Assembly (NCBI GenBank): GCA_051362555.1
Contig: CM120648.1
Coordinates: 7,312,587-7,376,586, forward strand
Direction: 5' to 3'
DNA length: 64,000 bases
From: Lingula anatina
Taxonomy: Eukaryota; Animalia; Brachiopoda
The translations under genes and the position numbers were made by a program. The notes under the pieces are model-generated. The model was not told where the DNA came from, made no database searches, and worked only from the letters and a program-made list of their open reading frames with translations. Numbering within the stretch: the first letter of the stretch is position 1; every line of letters starts with the position of its first letter. This document shows positions 53,163-64,000 of this stretch, piece after piece.

Positions 53163-56100
53163 CATAAATCTTATTTTATGTGAGTATATGAAATTAGACT
53201 CCGGGAGTCAGATTTTCATGTTACACCAGAACTTTTACTTGAGGAGTGAAAGTTATAGTTTTCAAGGGCTGAATTGGGAAAAAGAACTCTAGTTTTGCAA
53301 GATATGTATACACACAATACATAACTGGGAAATTTGTATTGCACACAGTTTACCTTTTATGCACAAAAAATGGCAGACATGGAAACCTTTTAGAATTTTT
53401 TTTTTGAGGGAAAGATATCCTTCGTCTTTCCTTACCTGATGTACAGGAAAATGAGAAATGAACTCTTCATGATTAGGAGACCTGATTGCCTTGGCTATTT
53501 CCATGGAACATGCTAACGTCTGCCAGGGCTCATCTGAAGATCGCCACCATTTTTTGCCCTAATTTGCCATAAAAAAGCAATGTCGATTTAATACTTACTG
53601 ACAATGAATTTTATCACATTCTTCATTGCATTAATCATCATAACAAAATAAAATCATTTTAATCAATCATTAAAATTTCTAAAAATATACCAAGTTTCAC
53701 CAAATTTCGAGCATGCACACATATTATTCTATCAAATATCAATTCTTAATTTTGCTTTGCAAAAATGTTGGAATTGTTACAAGAATAACTTTCCACACAA
53801 CATCGCAGATACACACAGAAAAAGACCCGTCATTTGTAGAAGCGTTCTCCCTGTGAACACATTTACCTCGAGAGGGTAATCTGCAGAGTCAAGTATCTCC
53901 GGCAGCAGCTCATTTGCATAAATAAGTCTCTCCTTCAAAGAGGACCTGAAACAGCACAATGCAAATGATCTTAGCCAACTTTCAGACCAAATTTTCAGCC
54001 ATTAAGTCACAGACAAACCTTCAGTCTTTAAAATGCTCGTTTTTTTTTTCCTGAAAACTCCTCTTTCCCTTTGACCTTTTCTTAAACCCGTCGTATTTAT
54101 AAGACTTTTCAGTCTTTAAAATGCTTAATTTTTTTCCCCGAAAACTCCCTTTTCCCTGTTACCTTTTCTTAAACCCTGTCGTATTGATAAGATGTATCTT
54201 CAGCCAGTCCAGACCCCGAGGACCCAGGGGCTTCCCTGTGCCAAACATCAGCAGACCCCTTGTAAGGTCACTGCCTGGAAATCACGAATTTGACAAAAGT
54301 TAATTTCTTTAAAAAATAATATTTCATCTTAAAGATGTTGATCAGTTGTGAAATATACTTGATGAAAATGTTATGCCTATTACACTGTGATAACATAATT
54401 GGTGTTAAGTGTGCTCTGCAGTAGGAGGAGACATACACTTGCACCATAAGTGACCTAAATACTGGATATATATAATTAACCCCTGCTCCTCTCATCACGG
54501 GGTTGTGGGGGTATAAGACACCAACCTTTTTAGCTGGGAAAAAAGTCCACTCTGGGTAAAATTTTATCTACGTACATAAAGGTTTCATGGTTAAAGGTCC
54601 ACTTTTCAGAAAAAGAGCCTCCCCCTCCCCCCTGAAATTACGGGCCTGCTCATTTCACACTGACCAAAATGCACAGGAAATAATTGCTAATGACTGGAAA
54701 CAATTGGTTTTAAATTATTTATTTTTACTCCCCTGGAAAGTGACGTTTTCTAATGACTGGAAACAACTGGTTTTAAATTATTTATTTTTACATAATTTTT
54801 ATGTACAGATCATACCCATGTGCTGTAAGAATGGCGCCACAGTGTAGACACGGCTCCTGAAGTCCATGTTATGGGGGAGCCAGAATACGTCATTACGAAA
54901 CTAAAACAAAAAATTAAATGCCTATGAGATCAAAATGAAATATATGCTATTTATAACTTAGCTACTTACATAAGGAATGATATTTTCATCTCACTCTCAA
55001 GGCAAATCTTATTTTTATTTATTCCCTTCGATAGAAAGTTAACCTAAGCAACATTTGGCATGTATTTTTAAGTTAGAGTCAAGTAGTCATAAATTCAATA
55101 TGGCTGTGTATGCTTTCTTAAGCCTAGGTCCCAAATACGTATTGTATGCATGGTTTTTAGGTACCTTGCATCCGGCTAGGACTTAGCTAGATCGCAGGGA
55201 AGGAATCAAGTAATTGTTGAAAAGTTTCTACGTGCTGTTTGCGCCCTCCAAAAGTTGCACGATGGACGTGCTCCTCAAGCACAAACTCCCATGTTTTCCC
55301 CATTTTTTTGGCCGTAGACCACACGTAGCAGCCCCTACGTTCGGTTGGGACCAAGGCTTTAGATATATCAATTTCCCTTTATGAAACACAATCTGATAAA
55401 GAGGCTCACCATGTTTGCCATGGACAGCCTGTAGAGTTCCGTGCACCACAAGCTGTAGTTCTCACTCTGTTCTTTCACCATCTTTTCTCTCTTTTGAAAG
55501 GCCTCTCTGCGATCCCGTTTGCTCATGGTTCTGGAATGAAGATGACACAAGTTGATAGAAATATGTCCGTCCACAGAAAATGGAACTTAAAAAAAAAAAA
55601 AAAAGATTAAAGGGATAATAACTCTTCGTTTCTGCCAAAAAATTAATTTTCTTGGAGTAAACAACAATTTTTCCATACTTACCAATGGTTAATGAATCCA
55701 TTTTTATATTCAAAGTTAGTCCCTGGTTTTTTTCTAAAAAGTTTGGTTTTTTTGTTAAAATCTCTTAAGAGATTTTAACAGAGTATAGCCATCAATGGAG
55801 GTCACGTGGTCTAAAGACAAGCTCAGATATCAGAATAATAGCTATAACTGCTGTTCTTGTGGTAAAACAGAATATATTATATTTCTTCGAGTTATTCACA
55901 ATGTTTTTATTGTGAAATATAGATCTCATACGAAGAGTTATTATCCCTTTAATGTTAGAGATGACCAAATCATCACATTTTTCTTATTCTATGAGAGCAT
56001 TCAGAACAAGTTGATCAGGGAACTTAGACCCCATTTCCAGAGATTAGATCGATCTACTTTAGATCGACCTAACTCCCTGGGGGTTCACGCTAAATAGCTG

Positions 56101-59100
56101 TCAACCGAGCGGACACGAAAGTTAATTACCCCCTTACAGCTTGTAGTAGGCAGGACGGACATTTAAGTCGGATTATCTGAAAGTAATCTAGTGAGACTCT
56201 CCGCGGGGATAGATCGATCTAAAAGCTCTGGGAATACAGCCTAGCAGATCCCCAGATCAAATATGGCAGACTCACTTAAAAGGTAGCCGTTTATAATCCC
56301 CTGATGGTCTCTCCGCCGCCACACGTGCCGTTGATGCAGGGGCCTAGCAATTAAACCATGGGAATGAGATTTAATCCATTTAATGGCTCGTGCGGAGGCA
56401 GTGAGACCATAAGGAGATTAAGCGACTTCCTTTTATAATGGGTCAGCCATATTTAGTCCGTGGATCATCTGTTCTGAATGTGGACTATCATGACGCCAAA
56501 AGATTACAAGAGATCAGGGCTCCGTATCTCGAAAGGTTCCCTATGTTGCGCACGTGCGCAAGTGTCTCGATTCCATAACCGATTCTATTTCGAGATACGG
56601 GGCCATGGAATCGAGACACTTACGCACGTGCGCAACATAGCGAACCTTTCAAGATACGGAGCCCAGGTGTCATCTTGGGACATTTATTTCTTTATGTTCC
56701 GCATGCTTACTTGTCAATCTTAGGTAATGGGGGATAAGAAGAGGGTAAATATGGAATATCCAGTGTCATGTCCCCTTTCTCCCTGAAGATTTTAAGAGCC
56801 AGGTCCAAAATCTGAAACAGGAAAAAAATGGCATCACAACCTCAGTACACTATATAAAATAAGTGAAAGTTCCCAGTTGTATGTGATTTCCTTCTGTATT
56901 TTCATTTTAATGAAAATGAAAATAAAAATTTGCATGCTGTACTTGCGTACATATCTTTTACATTGTACTATTTTAATATCTTAAAAATTTAACTGTCCAT
57001 ATATTTATTTACATTGCACTACACATTTTAATATCTTAATATATTAACTACTTATATATTTATTGATTTTATTCATTGTATTCTGTTCACTTTACCCATG
57101 TAAAGTCTACTGAACATTTTATATGGATTTTAGACTACAAATAAATATTACTATATTATTATTACTGTCATGCCTGTACTTAACATATTCCATTCATTAT
57201 AATGTACAATTTGTGTAAACACATAGTTTCTTTAAAGATGCATACAAAGTCAATTTTTTGTCACAAAAACCAACCAAATGCCAGCATATAGTTTCAAGTA
57301 GTATAACTAAGAGAATTACCAAAAGGCATTGTTTAATTTTACCCGAAAATGATGTTTGAACAGATTTTTCTGCTGGCATTCTAAGCTGTATGTCAATGGG
57401 GCAGGAAAGTAGGTCACGGAAGTAGGTTAAATTTACAACCATAAATTTGAAGAAAGGAGCAGTCTAAAGGTCTTTTATGGCTGATCGAGTGATCTATTCA
57501 GTTTTTCCCTTGGCATGTCGAATTTATTTGAGTCATTTAAGAATCTAGTAGAAGTGGTTTACATGTGTTACTGGGAATCCACACTCCACCAATGCTCGGT
57601 TCGTATGTACCTTTAAGGAACATAAAGGTAAGTAGGATCTTATATTAAACCTATCAAAACACTGGGATGCCATGCATCAGTGGAGTCTGCATACACAGAT
57701 TGTCGGGGCAATCCAGGGCTTCATTATCTTTAAATAAATTATCTCATTAGAGAATTTATAAAGGATTGCTATATTACCATCCTGACAATTATTTCTAAAT
57801 CACAATTGTTTAGAAAAAGAAGAAAAAGACTACTCACTGAAAAAAAATGAAAAAGGTTTAAGAAACTTCAGTCTGTTGAAAGTAATGGGGGCGGTTTGAC
57901 AAATTAAAACAGCCATAACCTGCTAACTGGTTTAAACTTTCTAACCAAAAATGCTTCTCTATTTTGACGCGAGATAATTCAGTACTACCTAGTTTGATAA
58001 ATGGTATATTGCACCCGTTTTAAAACAAGACAGGCACTGAACCAAAGTGGACCAAATTTTGAGTCTAATAAGAAATTAGACCAATTACAATAGCCATTTT
58101 GTAATAATGATACAAGGTAACAATTTTCATAATATTAAAATAATAAAAATATTTTAGTCTAAACAATGATTGAATTTAACTGTATTACAGCCCACTGTCC
58201 AAGACAAAAACACTCAAGTTTTTTTCACATCATACAAAGGGCATTTTATGCCTCCTGTGAACATTCTTCTATTTTTTTGAGGTCGTGACTTACTGGCCCG
58301 TTAATCTTCCAGGAACATGCCCCAAGAGCAGTGAGAGTGTCCAAGGAAGGCAACATGTCTGAGGACGGCCGAGCCTGTATTCTTTTGTCCACTGGCCTCG
58401 AGTCATTTGATCGGACCAAATTTACTGAAAAAAAAAAAGGCCCATTAAATCCATCTATCTGTAGTTTAAACAAAATTTGCTGAAAATATTGATAAACCTG
58501 TTTTAAGTTAATCACCCCCTGCTGAAAATGGGCAAAAGAGAGGTTTTCTCATATGACAAACATAACAAATATGAATTACAAAAAACTGTGTTGAACCTCG
58601 CAAGACAGAGCTTCGTTGTGCTTGTGAACATACGGGTACATAAATACCATAATGATGCACTTCAAAAAGTGAGATGGAATTAAGGGACTGAACACTGGCT
58701 CTCAAAGTGAAAGAAAGTAATAATAATAATAATAAAAACAGGCCAATATTATGACACATGAATGCATCAAGATTATATCACTATGATTGTCCTTGATTCC
58801 CATCAAAGTTGACCTTGACCTTGACCTCAATACTGTACCTTGATCATGAATCATTCCCCCGGATTTGGTACTCGTCCAAGGTAAAGGAGGAACCAACATT
58901 GGCAATTTGAAGGTATCAAAATGCATTTTATAGCCCTGTCTGAATAGCCTTGTAAGATTTTCATCGGCCTGAAATAGTGTCAAGTTCAAGGTCTTTAGGT
59001 ACAGGTTGAATTAACACACATGTACTGTAGTTCCTTTCCACTGAACATAAAAGTGAACAAAAAGCTTTATATTTACAGTAAGAACATCTCCAAAAAATTG

Positions 59101-60247
59101 ATAGAAAATGTTACCCTTTTATCTAATCAACTTCAAATGCTTTTATTCTGAATGAGAATTTCTTTACCTTGATATGTTGCTCAGTGATAAAGCCGAATTT
59201 CTTGTAGAATGTTCTAAAGGCAGGCACAAACCTGGAAAACAAATGTTACTTAATGTATGTGGATCTTGGTAGCGAGTAAACAAACGATAAAAAAAAAAAG
59301 AAAGAAAAAGAAAAAGAGGGAGAGAGTGTGTAAACAAAAACCAAATAACATACTCACCCCTTTTTTGTATCAACTTTCAATTCTTCAAATATTATACTTC
59401 TCAATTGTTGGCCGACCTGCAATCATATATGTATTATTGCTAATAGAATATACTGGTTAAGTAAAAGATATCAAAGCAAACTGTTCACTTTTCTAGGCAT
59501 AGTTTCCATTATTCAGCCAAACCCCCTTAAATGCTTGCAGAACTTGTGATTAATTCTTAGGAAAATTAGTAAAAACTTTCTGATGGGTCATTTTCAGACA
59601 TATTTTAAAATGTCTCATGGGGTCATGCAGTTTATCTCACCTGTTTTATTATTTCACGGGGCCAATAACAGACAATGTCATGGTTGTTCTGAAAATGGAG
59701 AAAAAATCAGAAGAAAAATCAGAAGATTCTAACCAGTATATTGCTCTTCTTTTTTTTTTTTGATGAACATCGATTCCACGTGGAATGACCTAACTCAGGG
59801 ATTTAGCTGCTTGAAATCAGCTTATTGGATGACCCGCCCCCTCCTGGTATTAAAAGGGAATACAACTTTTTGGGGCCCTAAATTCAATAAAATCCAACCC
59901 CCTCTTCTCTCTAGATTTGCTCATCACGTTTTACCCACTGAAGCTTTAGCCTAATTTTGAGGGGGGGGGGGGGGGAATTATCTTGTGGTGACGTCATTGC
60001 CTGAACTCTCTGACATTGGCCTACACATTACAATGCGGTGTGTAATGCCTTTGAACGGGTACGACAAGGGGATCCTTGATTCTACTAACATGTACATGGA
60101 CACTGCATTAACCACATCGATGTCTGAATTATTTCTCTTATTGTATCACATTTTTCTACCTGGATTGTTCACTTATCCTTTTATAATTATTAGCTGATGT
60201 TCTACACACTTCTTTCCATCTTTCTCTGCACTGCAGGTATGAAACGA

Positions 60248-60281
<34 letters not shown>

Positions 60282-61126
60282 AGGCTAAGCGTACTTACGT
60301 TTCTATCAATACCATGCTTGTCCTGCAATGCCAGCCATGTTTTTCTGTGGTTCGGTTGGGCCATGGTTTTTGATGTGTACACTTTCACATAGTCTGCATA
60401 CAAAGTTTTAGTCTAGTCGGAAAAATAATGAAATTCATACACTTAAAAATGTAAGTCTCAAAGTGCCATTTTTACAGTATTTACGACAATATTTTAATGG
60501 TTTTAAATCTACGTATCACACTCAGAAAGTCTGCACTGGTGTTTAAGGCTGTATTCCCAGAGCTTTTAGATCGATCTATCCCCGCGGGGAGTCTCACTAG
60601 ATTACTGTCAGATAATCCTGCTTAAATTACCGTCCCGCCTACTACAAGCTGTAAGAGGGTAATTAACTTTCGTGTCCGCCCGGCTGACAGCTATTTAGCG
60701 TGAACCCCCTGGGGAGTTAGGTCGATCTAAAGTAGATCGATCTAATCTCTGGAAATGGGGTCTAAATTTCATTTTGAATGCTTTAAGTATTGAAACTCAT
60801 TCCCCTAGCTTGCAAGCATAATTCATTTTTACTTAATAATACAAACAAATGGCAAAAATCTCAAATCCCTCAAACTTACAAATGCCAAGTGAAGCTACCT
60901 TACAACATTCTTAGGACTTTTTTTTACACTTTGAATGTAACACAGAGAATGCCACTTAGTGCTACACCATTTCCAAAAAAGTTTTTTAAGACATTTGGTG
61001 TACGTATTCCACATATGTGTGCATTCTAAACATGTATTTGTTCACCAAACTGCAATAAAGTTTTGAAGCATTCCTTTAGAAAATTTGAACTCCATTTATA
61101 TCATTGCAAAATAGAGGTCATGATGA

Positions 61127-61207
<81 letters not shown>

Positions 61208-63688
61208 GTATCCTTTAAGCTATCTCCCTCCTTCAGCACTTCTGCTAATTAACAAGCCACTTACATCTTCTAGAATGTTCCTTTTCTTCTTCACTTCTTT
61301 TGCATATTGCCTGTGGACCATTTCTCCAAGTTGAAGTTCAAACCAGGAAAGAGTGTAGTGTTTGTCCTCTATAATTGTCAAAAAGCTACGGATTTCCTAA
61401 AATGGCAATTTATTTGACAAATATAGGATGCAGGTGCAAATTAAAAGTTAACCGGGGGAAATGCACATTGAAAAGGCTGAAAAGTGATGAGCAACAATTT
61501 GTGAGGAGTAAATAACTTTCTTCTAAGGAAAATTTTGTTTGGCATGAAAACCCAGCATGAGATACCATTAAAAAAGCCAAGTTCTAGTTTATATAAAAGA
61601 AGGAGTCACACGACTAGATAAGGGTCATGTGACAAAGTCCTGTGACCTACCTTCATTAAGAGCTCCACATATTGCTGATCAGACAACAGTGATAGAAATA
61701 CAGCTATGTTTAGACTGTACACACTCTGTCCTGTGGATAAAAGATAAAAAAATTATCCTTGATAATGTTGACATGAATACACTTCATTCACTTAGGGACC
61801 ATTCCCATGATATTTGGATCAATCTATCTCCCTATCAAACTAACCGGCTTAAACGTCTGTCACGCCTAGTAAAACTGTTAGGGGGTAATTATCTTTACCC
61901 CTAGCTGATTCAGTAGGCATGACAGACATTTAAGCCTCTTGAGCTGATAGCAATTTAGCATGAACCCCCAGTGAGTTAGGTTGTTCCAGATGGATCGATA
62001 TAAGTACAGGAACCCAGTCTGAGGGATAGAACAGAAAAATATGTCTAACAAAAATGAAAAAAAAAAGCACCTTTCCTCCTGTTTTTATGTTCACTTTTTA
62101 AAAATTGTTAGATAATATCACTTGGTCTTGATTTTATAATTTACAGATCTTATAAAAATGATCAATTGTTTCAAACAAATGCTAGGATTTCCTACAAATA
62201 CTTACTTTTAAACCCTCGATTAAGCTCATCACGTCTTTCAGCAATGGCTTTCAATAATACTTCCCTGAACTGCTTCTCAATCTCCTTCAGTTTTGGTTTC
62301 TAAAACAATATTAAACAGGATTGATGTTATTCCTTTTTGTATTTATGTAACACAATGAATATCACAGTACCCTTAGATAAAGAGGACCTTGCCTAAGTGA
62401 ATCCTCGTATTATTTTTTTTTACTCTAGCAGAAAACATGCAGGTAAGTGGATAAATGGTGATTACTTGATCTTTTCAATGGGGGAAATTGTGAATTTTAC
62501 AAATGCTGTATATTTGCTTTCTACTCCAACTATGGTTTAGGCCTAATTAAGTGCTCGTCTACCCAATTATAAAGTCAAGTCTGGTGCTCACCTGCCACAC
62601 ACAAAAATGAGAGAAAAGTAAATTAAAGTATGCTATGCTGGTTTCACATCATATGTTAAAAAAAATGTTGAGTTTAGTCTTTCAGAGAATTGCTATGTAT
62701 TAACCAACAAGAACATGGTCTGGCCTTAATGGAAAATTACTCAAGGATAAAAAAAAAATGGCAGCCTACCGCCTTTTTATGTCCCTCTAGTTGCCCTGGT
62801 GTCAGTTGAAGAACACTGTCCACTTCAGCAATTCCTTCTTCTTCTCTTTTTATCTGCTCCTCCAAGAGATTCATCAACTGTTCTGGAGTTACCTCTCCAG
62901 CATAGGGGTTGACATAGGACTAGGAGGAGGAGCAAGACTGTCAGTCTTTCACACTTTTAGTAGGTCTACATTTATCAGTACAGAAACACTTAAGAATATT
63001 CCTTATATGTAATAATGCTACAGGACAGAGGGGAGGAGGGGAGCGTTAACTCCCTTTCAAACGTTTGCTTTTGACTGTTTTGAGGAAGCAAATTCCAGTT
63101 AACTGTCCAATTGGTGACACTTTGACTGAATTCCCATTAAACTTTTGTACTAGCTGGATCTGCCTAACTCCGGGGGGGGGGGGGGGGGGGGGGGGGGGGA
63201 GGGGGGGGGATTCTCACTAAGTTGCATTCAGTTTAAGCAACTTATAAATGTCTGTAAGGCCCACTGAAACTGCTAGGGGGTAATTAACTTTAGTGCATGC
63301 CTAAAATGAATGCAATTTAGCAAGAATCCCCTCAGAGATAGATCGATCCTGCTAGTACAATAGAGTTATGGGAATGGTCCCTTTTACATATCAGCCAGGC
63401 TAAGATGTACATCTTCAGAAGTATTTCGAAACAGATACAAAAAACATGCTGTAAGAAAAGGGAAAAGAAGCTTAAAAGGATTAAGGTACATTTAATTTTT
63501 GTGTAACAACTACACAATTGTGTCAGCAAAAATGCACATTCAATTCCATAACTTAGTGCATGAAATTCACCTTCATTACCTGTTTTTCACCATATTTCCT
63601 TGACAGATCCTCTAGAAGAACAGCACTGTAGTCTGATTCATCAGTGGGAGTGGGAGGCACATATTCATCATTCACAGTTCTTATTGCC
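49846..63688 (-). CDS. POLRMT: Mitochondrial DNA-directed RNA polymerase (T7-like), 3' portion, ~22 exons; 5' part lies beyond the window
   Basis: [43 protein letters not shown] (motif A), [16 protein letters not shown] (motif B), [30 protein letters not shown] (motif C), C-terminus SEYFFS* with TAG at 49846. Confidence 0.97.
55607..55952. mobile_element. Kolobok-like TTAA MITE, best-preserved copy
   Basis: ttaa|agggataatactcttcgt...acgaagagttattatccct|ttaa. Confidence 0.85.
55998..56480. mobile_element. Foldback MITE interrupted by a nested Harbinger-like MITE (56027-56241)
   Basis: Outer ends cattcagaaca / tgttctgaatg; inner TIRs gaccccatttccagag / ctctgggaatacagcc. Confidence 0.75.
56517..56664. 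mobile_element. Near-perfect foldback MITE (~60-bp arms)
   Basis: gggctccgtatctcgaaaggttccctatgttgcgcacgtgcgcaagtgtctcgattccat and its reverse complement, with about 3 mismatches. Confidence 0.85.
60547..60762. mobile_element. PIF/Harbinger-like MITE, inverted near-identical copy of 56027-56241
   Basis: TAA target duplication at both ends; alignable by eye over the full ~215 bp. Confidence 0.85.
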
Positions 63689-63729
63689 TGTGTAAAGGAA
63701 ATGTTGAATATAAACAAGTGGGCGTGTGT

Positions 63730-63852
<123 letters not shown>

Positions 63853-63880
63853 CAAGCCTTTTACCTACTTACACAAATTT

Positions 63881-63930
<50 letters not shown>

Positions 63931-64000
63931 CAACCAACTTCATTAACCAATGCAGGCTGACAATGGCAGTGGACAAAAAAAATTAAATGGATGACTGAGA

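Overview
AT-rich, intron-rich animal genomic DNA; an invertebrate is likely and a mollusc/lophotrochozoan is a guess from repeat content. From left to right: three identical tRNA-Glu(TTC) genes and one U4 snRNA gene around a candidate 3-exon orphan gene (minus strand); SSU72 (minus, 5 exons, with a 6.1-kb U12-type intron that holds a candidate same-strand nested transcript); WDR33 (plus), head-to-head with SSU72; a CCDC150-like coiled-coil gene (plus); a 2.5-kb Kolobok-like transposon remnant; and the 3' part of POLRMT (minus, runs off the right edge). Introns carry many MITEs, a Helentron-type element, microsatellites and poly-G tracts. Most notable: two mRNA 3'-end factors on one short divergent promoter; U2-type exons inside a U12 intron; a hydrophobic read-through tail at WDR33 coding intron 6; a Gly-to-Ser change in the POLRMT DxxGR motif; and repeated local duplication of splice sites. 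Exon structures were read by eye; no searches or folding were run.
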